Assembly (NCBI GenBank): GCA_035764725.1
Contig: DASTYT010000006.1
Span: 4,833 to 68,832 of the forward strand
Source: Candidatus Methylomirabilota bacterium
GTDB taxonomy: Bacteria; Methylomirabilota; Methylomirabilia; Rokubacteriales; CSP1-6
Length of the DNA: 64,000 nt
Reading direction: 5' to 3'
A program made the translations under genes and the position numbers. The notes under the pieces were generated by a model that was not told the origin of the DNA, searched no databases, and worked only from the letters and a program-made list of their open reading frames with translations. This document shows positions 1 through 11,085 of this stretch, piece by piece; position 1 is the stretch's first letter, and every line of letters starts with the position of its first letter.

Positions 1-946
1 GCCGCCGTGCCGCCTCGAACGCGGCGAGGGCCGCCGGCACCCCGGCGCGCGTGGCGCCATGCTCGGCGAGCGCGCGGGCGAGGGCGATCGCGTCCTCGAG
101 GGCGGTGCGCGTGCCCGAGCCGATCGAGAAGTGCACGGTGCGGAGCGCGTCGCCCAGCAGCACGACGTTGCCGCGATGCCAGCGGCGGTTGGTGACCATT
201 CTGAAGCGGAGCCAGGTGGATCGGTTGCTCAGGAGCGGATGGCCCCCCAGATCTGGCGCGAAGACCGCCTCGCAGTAGCGGCGGGCCTCGTCCTCCGACA
301 TCGTCTCCAAGCCGGCGCGCGCCCAGGTGTCGGCGTCGCATTCGACCACGAACGTGCTCGCGGCGGGCGCGTGCCGGTAGTGATGCGCCACGAAGGGACC
401 GTGCGAGGTCTCCCGGAAGGTCAGGGTGAGGCAGTCGAAGGGCTGGGTGGTACCGTACCAGATGTATCGGTTGGTGAGCGCGGTCACGTCGGGCTCGAAC
501 GCTTCGCGGTAACGCTCGCGGACCACGCTGCCCGCGCCGTCCGCGCCCACGAGGAGGTCGGCGCCGGCCAGCGCGCCGGGATCCTCGCAGCGGGAGTCGA
601 GCTCGAGGATCACGCCGCGCCGGCGGCAATGCGCCTGGAGGACGGAGAGGAGCGCTAGGCGCGCGATGCCGGAGAAGCCGAGGCCGTCGATCCGCACGGC
701 CTCGCCGCGATGGACGATGGCCTGATCGCTCCACACTTCCAGGCATGCCTCGAGGTCGTGATACGACTCGGGATCGGCCTCGGCGAGGAAGCCCAGCGCG
801 CGCTCCGAGAACACGACGCCCCAGCCATAGGTCGCGCCCGCGGGATTCTGCTCGATCACGCGGACCTCGTGACCTGATCGATCGCGCTTGAGCAGCAGCG
901 CGAGGTAGAGTCCGGCGGGCCCGCCGCCCACGATGGTGACGCGCAT
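1..946 (-). CDS. FAD-dependent aromatic-ring monooxygenase/hydroxylase; the N-terminal ~315 aa lie in the window and the C-terminus runs past position 1
   Basis: The minus-strand reading from 946 gives MRVTIVGGGPAGLYLALLLKRDRSGHEVRVIEQNPAG..., a classic GxGxxG FAD-binding fold as in salicylate/4-hydroxybenzoate hydroxylases. The ORF track omits it because the gene has no stop inside the window. Confidence 0.7.
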   Translation of the reverse strand, partial: MRVTIVGGGPAGLYLALLLKRDRSGHEVRVIEQNPAGATYGWGVVFSERALGFLAEADPESYHDLEACLEVWSDQAIVHRGEAVRIDGLGFSGIARLALLSVLQAHCRRRGVILELDSRCEDPGALAGADLLVGADGAGSVVRERYREAFEPDVTALTNRYIWYGTTQPFDCLTLTFRETSHGPFVAHHYRHAPAASTFVVECDADTWARAGLETMSEDEARRYCEAVFAPDLGGHPLLSNRSTWLRFRMVTNRRWHRGNVVLLGDALRTVHFSIGSGTRTALEDAIALARALAEHGATRAGVPAALAAFEAARR

Positions 947-1026
947 CGGCATCGGTATAGCACGCCGGCGCCGCGCGCTCGCGCTCGGGCTTGACGTCGC
1001 GGGCCGTTGCGGCCTAGGGTCTCGCC

Positions 1027-2574
1027 ATGACCCCACTCCGGACGCGTCGCCCACACGTCGTCGTCGCCCTCGCCCTCGTCGCCGCGGTCACCCTCTTGCC
1101 GTCGCCCACGCTCGCCGCCGAGGGCGAGATGCGCTGGGCGCTTCACGTCACCCTCGCCGCGAAATGGCTCGATCCCGCGGAGACCGAGGCGTTCAACACG
1201 CCGTACATGGTGATGTACGCGGTGCACGACGCGCTGGTGCGGCCCATGCCGGGCGGGGCGCTGACGCCGAACCTGGCCGAGTCGTGGTCGGAGTCGCGCG
1301 ATCACCTCACGTACACGTTCAACCTCCGCAAGAACGCGCGCTTTCACAATGGCGAACTTGTCACCGCGGAGGACGTGAAGTTCTCGTTCGAGCGCTACCA
1401 CGGCGCCTCCGCGACCCTCCTCAAGAGCAAGGTGAAGGAGGTGCAGGTGGTCTCGCCCGGTCAGGTGCGCATCGTGCTGAAGGAGCCGTGGCCGGACTTC
1501 ATGACCTTCTACGGCACCACCGCCACGGGCGCGGGCTGGATCGTGCCCAAGAAGTACGTGGAGAAGGTGGGCGACGAGGGCTTCCTCAAGGCGCCGGTGG
1601 GCGCGGGGCCCTACAAGGTGGTGTCGCTCAAGCCCGGCGTGGAGCTGGTGCTGGAGGCCTTCGACGGCTACTGGCGCAAGGCGCCGTCGGTGAAGCGCCT
1701 CGTGATGCGCTCCATCGTCGACGAGGCCACACGCGCGGCGGCGCTGCGCTCGGGCGAGGTGGACATCGCCTATCTCCTGACCGGGCCCACCGCGGAGAGC
1801 ATCCAGAAGCTCCCGGGTTACAAGCTGGTGGCGCCGCTGCTCTCCGGCGCGTTCTGGCTGGAATTGCCCGATCAGTGGGATCCCAAGTCGCCGTGGGCGG
1901 ACCGCCGGGTGCGCCTGGCCGCGAGCCACGCCATCGACCGCGCCGCCGTGAACAAGGCGGAGACGCTCGGCTTCTCGCGGCTCACCGGCAACATGGTCCC
2001 GCCCATCTTCCAGTTCGCGGTGCCCTACGACCCGCCCGCCTACGATCCGGACCGGGCGAAGAAGCTCCTCGCCGAGGCCGGCTATCCCAGCGGCTTCGAC
2101 GGCGGCGAGTTCTATCCGTTCCCCCCCTACAACTCCATGGGCGAGGCCATCCAAGGCTATCTCCAGGCGGTGGGCATCCGCACGCGCACCCGGGTCATGG
2201 AGCGGGCGGCCTACTTCGCGGCCTGGCGCGAGAAGAAGCTCAAGGGCGTGATCCTGGTGGTCAGCGCCGCCTACGGCAACACCGCCACCAAGCTCGAGCC
2301 CTACGTGATCCGCGACGGCATCTACGCGTACGGGAGCAACCCCGAGATCGACGATCTCTTCGTGCAGCAGAGCCGCGAGGGCGACGCCAAGAAGCGCGAG
2401 GCGCTCCTTCACCGCATCCAGAAGATCATCCACGACCAGGTGATCAACGTGCCGATCTACGATCTGGCCTTCATCTGGGGCGTGGGCCCGCGCGTCGAGG
2501 AGAGCGGGGCCGGCCTCATCCCCGGCTACGCCTACTCGGCGCCGATGGAGGACCTGAAGGTGAGGAAGAAGTAA
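1027..2574 (+). CDS. ABC transporter periplasmic substrate-binding protein, family 5 (peptide/nickel/opine type), with a signal peptide
   Basis: 515 aa with an N-terminal signal (VVALALVAAVTLLPSPTLAAEG) and DppA/OppA-like body motifs. It sits divergently from the monooxygenase. Confidence 0.8.
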   Translation: MTPLRTRRPHVVVALALVAAVTLLPSPTLAAEGEMRWALHVTLAAKWLDPAETEAFNTPYMVMYAVHDALVRPMPGGALTPNLAESWSESRDHLTYTFNLRKNARFHNGELVTAEDVKFSFERYHGASATLLKSKVKEVQVVSPGQVRIVLKEPWPDFMTFYGTTATGAGWIVPKKYVEKVGDEGFLKAPVGAGPYKVVSLKPGVELVLEAFDGYWRKAPSVKRLVMRSIVDEATRAAALRSGEVDIAYLLTGPTAESIQKLPGYKLVAPLLSGAFWLELPDQWDPKSPWADRRVRLAASHAIDRAAVNKAETLGFSRLTGNMVPPIFQFAVPYDPPAYDPDRAKKLLAEAGYPSGFDGGEFYPFPPYNSMGEAIQGYLQAVGIRTRTRVMERAAYFAAWREKKLKGVILVVSAAYGNTATKLEPYVIRDGIYAYGSNPEIDDLFVQQSREGDAKKREALLHRIQKIIHDQVINVPIYDLAFIWGVGPRVEESGAGLIPGYAYSAPMEDLKVRKK

Positions 2575-2580
2575 GAGCGG

Positions 2581-4695
2581 GTGCCCCAGTACGCCCTCGG
2601 CATCGACATCGGCGGCACCTTCACCGACCTCGTGGTCTACGACCACGAGACGGGGCGGCAGTGGAGCCGCAAGGTCCTCACTACTCACGACGATCCCGCG
2701 CGAGCGGTGGCGGCGGGCGTGGATGCGATCCTCCGAGAGGGAGGCCTGGAGTCACGGCGCTTCACCAGGGTCGTCCACGCCACCACCCTCTTCACGAACG
2801 CCCTGATAGAAAGAAAAGGCGCCCGCACCGGGCTCCTCACCACCGCGGGCTTCGCCGACACGCTGGAGATCGGCCGCGAGCGGAAGTACGAGCTCTACGA
2901 CCTCGCCATCACCAAGCCCGAGCCCCTCGTGTCGCGCGATTTGCGCCTCGAGGTGGCGGAGCGCGTGGGCGCGGACGGGAGCGTGCGGCGCCGCCTCGAC
3001 GCCCGCGACGTTGCGGCGAAGGCCCGGCGGGCGGTGGCAGCCGGCGCCGAGTCCCTCGCCATCGTGTTCCTCCACGCCTACGCCAACCCGCGCCACGAAG
3101 CGGAGGCCGCGCGGATCGTGGCCCGCCTCTTCCCGCGTCTGGCCGTCACCACGTCCCACGAGGTGGCGCCGGAGGTCCGCGAGTTCGAGCGCGCCTCCAC
3201 CACCGCGGCCAATGCGTACATCAAGCCGCTCGCCCAGCGCTATCTCGAGCTGATGGGGCGGCGGATCGCGGAGGCCGGCATTCCCGCGCCGCTCCTTCTC
3301 ATGCTGTCGAGCGGCGGGCTCACCCACGTGGCGGAGGCGGAGCGCGCGCCCGTCCGCATGCTCGAGTCGGGGCCGGCGGCCGGCGCCATCGCCGCCGCGT
3401 TCTTCGGCCGGGAGGACGCCGACGAGGGCCGCGTGCTCGCCTTCGACATGGGCGGCACCACCGCGAAGCTCTCCCTGGTGGACGGCGGCGAGCCCTTGAC
3501 AGCCTACTCGTTCGAGGCGGCCCGGCAGCGGCGCTTCATCGAGGGGAGCGGGCTGCCCATCCGTATCTCCACCATCGAGCTGATCGAGATCGGCGCGGGC
3601 GGCGGCAGTATCGCATCGGTGGACGAGATCGGCCTCCTCAAGGTGGGGCCGCGCAGCGCCGGCTCGCAGCCGGGCCCGGCCGCCTACGGTCTCGGCGGCG
3701 CCGAGCCCACCGTCACCGACGCGGATCTCCTGCTCGGCTATCTCAATCCCGACTACTTTGCGGGCGGCGAGCTCGCCCTCGACGTGGCTGCCGCGCGCGC
3801 GGCGGTGGAGCGCGTCGCCTGCGCGCTCGGGCTGCCCGCCACCCAGGTCGCGTGGGGCATCCACGACGTGGTCAACGAGAGCATGGCTTCGGCGGCGCGC
3901 GTGCATATCGCTGAGCGCGGCCGCGACCCGCGCCACTACGCGCTGCTCTGCACGGGCGGCGCGGGCCCCGTCCACGTCTGGTCCCTCGCCAGGAAGCTGG
4001 GCATGGCACGCGTCATCTGCCCGCCGTCGGCGGGCGTGGCCTCCGCGCTCGGCCTCCTGGTCGCGCCCGCCCGCGTGGATCGCGTGGCCACCGTGGGCAT
4101 TCGCCTCGACGAAGGCAGCGTGGGCGCGCTGGAGGCGGCGTTTCGCCGCCTTGAGGACGAGGCGCGTGCGGTGATGGCGGATACGGGCCTGCCGCTGGGG
4201 CGTGCCACCATACAGCGGCTCGCCGACGGCCGCTTCCTCGGCCAGGGCTTCGACCTCGTCGTCACGCTGCCCGAGGGGCCCTACGCGGACACGCGCGAGG
4301 ACCGCGCCCGCCTCACCGCCGCGTTCGAGTCCGCGTACCGCGAGAAGTTCGCGCTCACGCCCCCCGGCGTGCCGGTGGAGTTCCTCAACATCCGCGTCGC
4401 GGCGCGCGCGCCCGTAGCGGGCGCGGGCGTAGTGCTGGCCGGGCGGCGGGGCGGCGACGCGGGCGCGGCGCGCAAGGGCGAGCGGCCGGTCTACTTCCCC
4501 GACGCGGGCGGCTTCGTGCCCGCCTCCGTCTACGACCGTTACCGCCTGGGGATCGGTGACACCCTCACCGGCCCCGCGGTGGTCGAGGAAGAGGGCTCGA
4601 CGCTGGTCGTCGGCCCGGGCGCCACGGCGCGCGTCGCCTCCTCGGGCAACATGATCATGACGCTCGACGCCGGCGCCTCCGCGCGGGGACGGTGA
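2581..4695 (+). CDS. hyuA: Hydantoinase/oxoprolinase A subunit (HyuA family, N-methylhydantoinase A-like)
   Basis: GTG start. The N-terminus ALGIDIGGTFTDLVVYD is the hydantoinase_A/actin-like ATPase signature. 704 aa. Confidence 0.85.
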   Translation: MPQYALGIDIGGTFTDLVVYDHETGRQWSRKVLTTHDDPARAVAAGVDAILREGGLESRRFTRVVHATTLFTNALIERKGARTGLLTTAGFADTLEIGRERKYELYDLAITKPEPLVSRDLRLEVAERVGADGSVRRRLDARDVAAKARRAVAAGAESLAIVFLHAYANPRHEAEAARIVARLFPRLAVTTSHEVAPEVREFERASTTAANAYIKPLAQRYLELMGRRIAEAGIPAPLLLMLSSGGLTHVAEAERAPVRMLESGPAAGAIAAAFFGREDADEGRVLAFDMGGTTAKLSLVDGGEPLTAYSFEAARQRRFIEGSGLPIRISTIELIEIGAGGGSIASVDEIGLLKVGPRSAGSQPGPAAYGLGGAEPTVTDADLLLGYLNPDYFAGGELALDVAAARAAVERVACALGLPATQVAWGIHDVVNESMASAARVHIAERGRDPRHYALLCTGGAGPVHVWSLARKLGMARVICPPSAGVASALGLLVAPARVDRVATVGIRLDEGSVGALEAAFRRLEDEARAVMADTGLPLGRATIQRLADGRFLGQGFDLVVTLPEGPYADTREDRARLTAAFESAYREKFALTPPGVPVEFLNIRVAARAPVAGAGVVLAGRRGGDAGAARKGERPVYFPDAGGFVPASVYDRYRLGIGDTLTGPAVVEEEGSTLVVGPGATARVASSGNMIMTLDAGASARGR

Positions 4696-4703
4696 GAGGA
4701 TCC

Positions 4704-6356
4704 ATGGCAAGCACGTCGAGCACGGCGGCGCCCTTCGATCCCATCACGCTCGAAGTCCTCTGGACCCGCATCATCTCGGTGGTGGACGAGGCGGCCAAGG
4801 CCATCGTGCGCACCTCGTTCTCCACGCTCTCGAACGAGGCCAACGACTTCGCCTGCGTGCTCACCGACGCGCGGGGCAATGCGCTGGCCCAGAACTCGGG
4901 GAGCATCCCGTCCTTCATCGGCACGCTGCCGGCGACGGTGCGCCACTTCCTCCGCGAGATCGGACCGGAGCGGATGCGGCGGGGCGACGTGCTCATCACG
5001 AATGATCCCTGGAAGGGCACGGGCCACATGAGCGACGTGTCGCTGGTGAAGCCCATCTTCCATCGGGTCAACGGCGCGGAGCGGATCGTGGCCTTCTCCT
5101 CCACGACCTCGCACATGCCCGACATCGGCGGGCGCATCCGAGCCATCGAAGCGCGCGAGCTCTTCGAGGAGGGCCTGCACATCCCCCTCACGTGGCTGCG
5201 GCGGGGCGATCAGGCGGATGAGACGCTGCTCCGCCTGATCCGCGCCAACGTGCGCACGCCCGATCAGACGGTCGGGGACATCTGGGCGCAGGTGAGCGCC
5301 AACGAGCTGATGGACGCGCGGGTGCGCCGGCTCCTCGACGACTACGGCCTCGACGGGCTCGACACGCTCGGCGACGAGCTGTTCGGGCGCGCCGAGCGGG
5401 CCATGCGCGCGGCGATCCGGGCGGTGCCGGACGGGACTTATCGCTACGCGCTGGACACCGACGGCTTCGAAAAGCCCTATCACTTCACGCTGGCGCTCAC
5501 CGTGAAGGGCGACGAAATCGTGGCCGACTTCACCGGCACCTCGCCCGCCCAGCCCCGCGCCATCAACTGCGTGCTCGCCTATACCTACGCCATGACCGCG
5601 TACGCCGTCCGCTGCGCGCTCCTCCCCGGGCTCCCGAACAACGAGGGCATGTACCGGCCCGTGAAGGTGGTGGCGCCGGAGGGCTGTCTCCTCAATCCGA
5701 AGTTTCCCGCGGCGGTGGTGAGCCGTGCGCAGACGGGCCACTACGTACCGGTACTGGTGCTGGGCGCGCTACATCAGGTCATTCCCGATCGCGTGATGGC
5801 GGGCGCGGGCTCGCCGCTCTGGGCGGTCGCCCAGTCCGGCGTGCGCGACGACGGGCGGCCCTACACCAATGTGCTCTTCTACAACGGCGGCATGGGGGCG
5901 ACGCCGGCCAAGGACGGTGAGAGTGTGCTCTCCTGGCCCAGCAACATCTCGAGCACGCCGGTGGAGGTCGCAGAGCGCAATGCGCCGATCTTCTTCCACT
6001 GGAAGCGTATGCGCTCCGGGTCCGGCGGAGCAGGGAAGCACCGCGGAGGCCTGGGCCAGGATGTGCTGTTCGAGTCGGAGTCGAAGCGCCCCATCGTGCT
6101 GAGCTTCATGGCCGAGCGCACGCGATTCGCCGCGCCGGGGCTCGGGGGCGGCCGCGCCGGCGGGATCGGCGACGTGCGGATCAACGGGAAGAAGATCGAT
6201 CACCGGCGCCAGTGGGTGCTGGAGCGCGGCGACCGCGTCCTGGTGTCAACGCCGGGAGGTGGGGGCTACGGCGCGCCCAGCCAGCGCGACCCGGCGGCCC
6301 GGCGCCGTGACCGAGCGCTCGGCTATGTCGCGGGTGCGAAGGGGCGGCAGCGCTAG
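4704..6356 (+). CDS. hyuB: Hydantoinase B/oxoprolinase subunit (HyuB family)
   Basis: Starts MASTSSTAAPFDPITLEVLWTRIISVVDEAAKAIVRTSFS, the Hydantoinase_B signature. AGAGGA lies 6 nt upstream of the ATG at 4704. It immediately follows hyuA. Confidence 0.85.
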   Translation: MASTSSTAAPFDPITLEVLWTRIISVVDEAAKAIVRTSFSTLSNEANDFACVLTDARGNALAQNSGSIPSFIGTLPATVRHFLREIGPERMRRGDVLITNDPWKGTGHMSDVSLVKPIFHRVNGAERIVAFSSTTSHMPDIGGRIRAIEARELFEEGLHIPLTWLRRGDQADETLLRLIRANVRTPDQTVGDIWAQVSANELMDARVRRLLDDYGLDGLDTLGDELFGRAERAMRAAIRAVPDGTYRYALDTDGFEKPYHFTLALTVKGDEIVADFTGTSPAQPRAINCVLAYTYAMTAYAVRCALLPGLPNNEGMYRPVKVVAPEGCLLNPKFPAAVVSRAQTGHYVPVLVLGALHQVIPDRVMAGAGSPLWAVAQSGVRDDGRPYTNVLFYNGGMGATPAKDGESVLSWPSNISSTPVEVAERNAPIFFHWKRMRSGSGGAGKHRGGLGQDVLFESESKRPIVLSFMAERTRFAAPGLGGGRAGGIGDVRINGKKIDHRRQWVLERGDRVLVSTPGGGGYGAPSQRDPAARRRDRALGYVAGAKGRQR

Positions 6357-6784
6357 CGGGGCTGCTGCTCGGCGGGCGCCGAGCCGTTACTGAACCAGAC
6401 CCACCTGTAGGGCGTGTTCACGCCGTCACCCTCGAGCACGTACTTTCCGTGGGGATACAGGACCTCGCGCTGCACGGCAGCAGGCTGCGCGGCGGCGGGC
6501 TCCGATGCGGCGGGGGCCCACTGCGCCTGGGGCGCCGTGTAGACCACCGGAGGCGGATATGAGTAGTAGGGGTAACCAGCGTAACCGTAGTAAGGATACG
6601 GATAGCCCCCCCAGCCCCACCACCCCGGGAAGCCGAAACCCACCCCCACGAACACCCGGCCGCCGTGAGCATGGCCGCCGTGCACCCAGTTGCCGTGGCC
6701 GCCACGCCCCCCGGCATCCGCCGAGGGCGCCATCATCGCGATCGCGACCAGTGCCACCAACGCCACCGCGAGTAACCTACGCAT
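6353..6784 (-). CDS. Secreted low-complexity Gly/Tyr/Pro/His-rich protein, function unknown
   Basis: Signal peptide MRRLLAVALVALVAIAMMAPSADA, followed by GGRGGHGNWVHGGHAHGG and GFPGWWGWGGYPYPYYGYAGYPYYSYPPP. GGAGGA sits 7 nt upstream of the internal ATG at 6784. Confidence 0.55.
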   Translation of the reverse strand: MRRLLAVALVALVAIAMMAPSADAGGRGGHGNWVHGGHAHGGRVFVGVGFGFPGWWGWGGYPYPYYGYAGYPYYSYPPPVVYTAPQAQWAPAASEPAAAQPAAVQREVLYPHGKYVLEGDGVNTPYRWVWFSNGSAPAEQQPR

Positions 6785-6807
6785 CGCCGTTCCTCCTGCC
6801 TCCACGC

Positions 6808-8958
6808 TCAGGCCTTCTTCAACTCATCAACGCGGATCGGTAGGCGCCGGATCCGCTTGCCCGTCAGCGCGAAGATCGCATTGCACACTGCCGGAGCCAC
6901 CGTGGGCACGCCCGGCTCGCCCAGGCCACCCGGAGGCTCCCCTGAATCCAGTATATACGCTTCGATGGCGGGTGATTCGCTGATCCTCAGAAGCGGATAG
7001 TCGTGAAAATTCGACTGCTTCACGTGACCACCCTCGATGGTGATCTCTCCGTGGAGGACCGCCGTGAGGGCATAGACCGCCCCTCCCTCCATCTGGGCCC
7101 GGACCTGGTCCGGGTTGACGGCGATCCCGCAGTCGATGGCGCCCACGACGCGATGGACGCGTGGGCGGCCTTCATCGTTTACAGATACCTCCGCCACGTG
7201 CGCGGCGTAGCTGCCGTAGGAGAAGCCGACCGCGACCCCCCGGGCCCGGCCCGGCGGCAAGGCCGTCCCCCATCCCGCCTTCTGGGCGGCCAGATCCAGG
7301 ACCCCACGGTGTCGGGGTGACTTGCTGAGGAGCATGCGGCGGTACTCGACGGGGTCCGCGCCGGCGGCGTGGGCCAGCTCGTCCACGAAGCTTTCCACGA
7401 TGAACGTGTTCTGGGACGGGCCGACGGAGCGCCAGAATCCCAGCGGGACGCCGAGGTCCTTGTTGACCCACTCGACGCGTACGTTGGGGATCGCGTAGGC
7501 GAAGTTGCGCACGCCCTCCATCGCGGCGGGATCGATGGTGACGCCCTGCGGGGCGCGCCCCTTCTGGATGAGGATCCCGGGGCCCACGACGCGGCTCCAC
7601 CACGCCGTCGGCTTCCCGCTCTGATCGAGGGCCGCGCGGAACACGTTGTAGGTCGCGGGCCGGTAGAAGCCGTGCTGCATGTCGTCCTCGCGCGTCCACA
7701 TCACCTTGACGGGCACGCCCACCGCCTTGGCCGTCTCCACCGCGTCCACGATGAAGTCCAGCTCGCCGCGCCTGCCGAAGCCGCCGCCGAGCAATGTGGT
7801 GTGCACGGTGACCTTGCTCGCGGGGAGGCCGGTGAGCCGGGCGCCGGTAGCCTTGGCGCCGCCCGGATTCTGCGTGGGCGCCCAGATCTCACAGGCGTCC
7901 GCGCGTACGTGCGCGGTGGCGTTCATCGGCTCCATGCACGCGTGCTCGAGGAACGGCACCTGATAGACGGCCTCGAGCCTCTTGGGGCCGGCGGCGAGGG
8001 CCGTCTTCGCGTCGCCCTCACTGCGCGCCTCCTGACCGGGCTGCTTCGCGGCTTCGGCGTACTCGCGATCGATCCGCGCGCTCGACACCTGCGCCATGGG
8101 GCCCTCGTCGTACGTGACCTTGAGGGCGCGCCGCCCCTGGAGCGCGATCCAGAACGTGTCGGCCACCACCGCCACGCCGTGGCTGACCTGCGCCACGTGC
8201 CTGACGCCGGGGATCTTTTTCGTCTCGGTCGCGTCGAAAGCCGTCACCTTGCCGCCGAAGACCGGGCAGCGCTCGATGGACGCCACCAGCATGCCGGGCA
8301 CGCGCACGTCCATGCCGTAGATGCCGGAGCCGTTCACCTTCATCGGCGTGTCGCGGCGCGAGACCTCCTTGCCGATGTAGCGGAATTCGGCTGGCGTCTT
8401 CAGCGTGGGATTCTGGGGGACGGGGAGCTGCGCGGCCTTGTCCACGAGCTGGCCGTAGGTCAGGCGGCGACCGCTGCCCTTGTCCACGACCACACCGGGC
8501 TCGGTGGTCACCTCGCGCACCGAGACCCCCCACTCCTGCGCCGCGGCCTGCTTCAGCATCTCGCGCGCGGCCGCGCCGGCCTTGCGCAGCATGGCGAGAT
8601 GGTCGCGCACGCCGCGGCTTCCGCCATACGACTGATTGCCGGTGACCGGATTGGCGTAGAGCTTGGGATCGGCGGGCGCCTGCTCGATCTTGATCGAGCC
8701 GAGTTCGGCGTCGAGCTCGTCGGCCACGATCATCGGCATGGTGGTGAGCGAGCCCTGGCCCATCTCGGGCACGGAGTTGACGATCGTCACCACGCCGTCG
8801 CGGTCGATGCGGATCCACTGATTGGGCGCGAAGACGCCCGCGCCCTGCGCCCGCGCGCGGCGGGCCCCGAGCGGCACCTCGAACCCGACGGCGAGCACGC
8901 CGGCGGCGGCGAGCCCGCCGTGGAGGAGCGCGCGGCGCGAGAGGCGGGCGGGGATCAT
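6808..8958 (-). CDS. Molybdopterin-binding large subunit of a xanthine-dehydrogenase-family aldehyde/isoquinoline oxidoreductase (IorB/CoxL-like) with a Tat signal
   Basis: Twin-arginine leader [25 protein letters not shown], then a molybdopterin hydroxylase body. The start overlaps the stop of the upstream 2Fe-2S gene (ATGA). Confidence 0.85.
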   Translation of the reverse strand: MIPARLSRRALLHGGLAAAGVLAVGFEVPLGARRARAQGAGVFAPNQWIRIDRDGVVTIVNSVPEMGQGSLTTMPMIVADELDAELGSIKIEQAPADPKLYANPVTGNQSYGGSRGVRDHLAMLRKAGAAAREMLKQAAAQEWGVSVREVTTEPGVVVDKGSGRRLTYGQLVDKAAQLPVPQNPTLKTPAEFRYIGKEVSRRDTPMKVNGSGIYGMDVRVPGMLVASIERCPVFGGKVTAFDATETKKIPGVRHVAQVSHGVAVVADTFWIALQGRRALKVTYDEGPMAQVSSARIDREYAEAAKQPGQEARSEGDAKTALAAGPKRLEAVYQVPFLEHACMEPMNATAHVRADACEIWAPTQNPGGAKATGARLTGLPASKVTVHTTLLGGGFGRRGELDFIVDAVETAKAVGVPVKVMWTREDDMQHGFYRPATYNVFRAALDQSGKPTAWWSRVVGPGILIQKGRAPQGVTIDPAAMEGVRNFAYAIPNVRVEWVNKDLGVPLGFWRSVGPSQNTFIVESFVDELAHAAGADPVEYRRMLLSKSPRHRGVLDLAAQKAGWGTALPPGRARGVAVGFSYGSYAAHVAEVSVNDEGRPRVHRVVGAIDCGIAVNPDQVRAQMEGGAVYALTAVLHGEITIEGGHVKQSNFHDYPLLRISESPAIEAYILDSGEPPGGLGEPGVPTVAPAVCNAIFALTGKRIRRLPIRVDELKKA

Positions 8959-9446
8959 GACGCGCCTCCCTTCCTCGGCGCGGGCGGCGAACCCGCCCGC
9001 AGGGCGGCGGCGCGGTGGATGGCCGCGCGGATGCGCGGATAGGTGCCGCAGCGGCAGAGATTCCCCGACATCGCGTCGTCGATGTCGGCGTCCGTAGGGC
9101 TGGGCGTGCGCGCGAGCAGCGCCGCCGCCGACATGATCTGCCCCGACTGACAGAAGCCGCATTGCGGCACGTCCACTTCGATCCAGGCCTGCTGCACCGG
9201 GTGGTCGGTCTTCGTCGAGAGCCCCTCGATGGTGGTCACCTGCTTGCCCGCCACCGCGGAAAGCAGCACGGTGCACGCGCGCGTGGGCTCTCCGTCCACG
9301 TGCACGGTGCAGGCGCCGCAGAGCGCGATGCCGCAGCCGTACTTCGTGCCGGTGAGGGCGAGCTGCTCGCGCAGGATCCAGAGCAGCGGGGTGTCGGGGG
9401 CAGCGTCGACGTTCCGGGGGGTGCCGTTCACGCTGAGCGAAACCAT
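8955..9446 (-). CDS. (2Fe-2S)-binding small subunit of the molybdenum hydroxylase (IorA/CoxS-like)
   Basis: MVSLSVNG...[16 protein letters not shown]...[10 protein letters not shown]...CRCGTYPRI gives two [2Fe-2S] cysteine motifs. GGAGG lies upstream of the ATG at 9446. Confidence 0.85.
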   Translation of the reverse strand: MVSLSVNGTPRNVDAAPDTPLLWILREQLALTGTKYGCGIALCGACTVHVDGEPTRACTVLLSAVAGKQVTTIEGLSTKTDHPVQQAWIEVDVPQCGFCQSGQIMSAAALLARTPSPTDADIDDAMSGNLCRCGTYPRIRAAIHRAAALRAGSPPAPRKGGAS

Positions 9447-9522
9447 AGGCGACCTCCGAGGCCGAGCGGACCGGTTCCGGGGGAGCGATCTGCGTTCAGG
9501 CGTCATGCTACCATCGCCCAAC

Positions 9523-11070
9523 ATGGACTGGAAACCGGAGATGGACGAGCTGCGTCGCCGCGAGGCGTTCGCCGAGGCGCTCGGCGGGCCAGAGCGCGTG
9601 AAGCGGCAGCACGATGGTGGGCGGTTGACGATCCGGGAGCGGATCGAGCGCCTCGTCGACGCGGGCTCCTTCCACGAGGTCGGCAAGATCGCGGGCCGCG
9701 CGCACTACGACGAGCGCAACGACCTGGTGAACCTCACGCCTTCGAACTTCGTGTTCGGACGCGCGCGCGTCGACGGTCGGCCGGTGGTGGTGGGCGGCGA
9801 CGACTTCACCGTGCGTGGGGGCTCCGCCGACGCGACCATCAAGGGCAAGCACCTCATGTGCGAGCGCATGGCCAACGAGATGCGCCTGCCCCTTATCCGC
9901 CTGGTGGAGGGCTCGGGCGGCGGCGGCTCGGTGAAGACCATCGAGACCACGGGCCGCGCCAACGTGCCCGGCGTCGCGGGCTGGGAGACGGTGGTCGCCA
10001 ACGTGGCCACGGTGCCGCGGGTGGCGCTCGGGCTGGGCTCGGTGGCGGGGCTCGGTGCCGCCCACCTCGCGGCGGCGCATTTCTCGATCATGGTCAAGGA
10101 TCTGGCCGCGATGTTCGTCGCGGGCCCGCCCGTCGTCGAGCGCCTCGGTCAGAAGCTCAGCAAGAACGAACTCGGCGGCTGGCAGATTCAGCTCCGGGCG
10201 GGCGGCGTGGATAATGCCGTGGACACGGAAGAGGACGCGTTCGCGCTCGCGCGGCGCTTCCTCTCCTACCTCCCGTCCTCGGTGTACGACGTGCCGCCGC
10301 GCGGCCCCATCACCGACGATGCCGCGCGCCGCGAGGAGTGGCTCGCCGATGCGATCCCTCGGGACGTGAGAAAAGTCTACAAGATGCGCGCGATCGTCGA
10401 GGCGGTGGTGGACCGTGGCTCCTTCCTCGAGATCGCGCCGCTCTACGGGCGCAGCGTGATCACCGGGCTCGCGCGCGTCGACGGCTGGCCGGTGGCGGTG
10501 ATGGCCTCCGACCCCTTCCACTACGGCGGGGCCTGGACGGCGGACACGTGCCAGAAGGTGGAGCGCTTCGTGGACCTGGCGCAGACCTTCCACCTGCCGG
10601 TCGCGTACCTCGCGGATTGCCCGGGCTTCCTCATCGGGCTCGAGGCCGAGCAGACCGGCACCATCAAGCAGGGCGTGCGGGCGATGTCGGCGATCTGGCA
10701 GTGCACGGTGCCGTGGTTCTCGGTGATCGTGCGCAACTCGTTCGGCGTGGCGGGCGCCGCGCATCAGAACGGCGGTCGCTACTGCACGCGCTACGCCTGG
10801 CCCTCGGGACGCTGGGGCTCGCTGCCCCTGGAAGGCGGGATCGAGGCGGCGTACCGCGCCGACCTCGACGCGGCGCCGGACCGCGCGGCGAAGATGACGG
10901 AGATCGAGGACCGCTTGAACAAGCTTCGCTCGCCGTTCCGCTCCGCGGAGACGTTCTGGATCGAGGAGATCGTGGATCCGCGCGACACGCGCCCGCTCCT
11001 CTGCGAGTGGGCCAATCTCGCCGCGCCGCTCCGCACGCCGGGGCCGTCCGCCCACGGCATGCGGCCCTGA
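9523..11070 (+). CDS. Acyl-CoA carboxylase carboxyltransferase subunit (propionyl-CoA carboxylase beta / methylmalonyl-CoA carboxyltransferase family)
   Basis: 515 aa carboxyl_transferase domain protein ([44 protein letters not shown]...). An alternative in-frame ATG lies at 9505. No biotin carboxylase or BCCP partner is in the window. Confidence 0.8.
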   Translation: MDWKPEMDELRRREAFAEALGGPERVKRQHDGGRLTIRERIERLVDAGSFHEVGKIAGRAHYDERNDLVNLTPSNFVFGRARVDGRPVVVGGDDFTVRGGSADATIKGKHLMCERMANEMRLPLIRLVEGSGGGGSVKTIETTGRANVPGVAGWETVVANVATVPRVALGLGSVAGLGAAHLAAAHFSIMVKDLAAMFVAGPPVVERLGQKLSKNELGGWQIQLRAGGVDNAVDTEEDAFALARRFLSYLPSSVYDVPPRGPITDDAARREEWLADAIPRDVRKVYKMRAIVEAVVDRGSFLEIAPLYGRSVITGLARVDGWPVAVMASDPFHYGGAWTADTCQKVERFVDLAQTFHLPVAYLADCPGFLIGLEAEQTGTIKQGVRAMSAIWQCTVPWFSVIVRNSFGVAGAAHQNGGRYCTRYAWPSGRWGSLPLEGGIEAAYRADLDAAPDRAAKMTEIEDRLNKLRSPFRSAETFWIEEIVDPRDTRPLLCEWANLAAPLRTPGPSAHGMRP

Positions 11071-11085
11071 CCGGGAGGCCGATCC

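Noticed and set aside
856-4710. Long ORFs 856..2688(-), 933..3914(+) and 2752..4710(-) overlapping the SBP and hyuA genes
   Set aside because: They are antisense or out of frame to genes with clear family signatures. Their translations are R/A/G/P-rich with no recognisable domains, typical of stop-codon-poor high-GC DNA.
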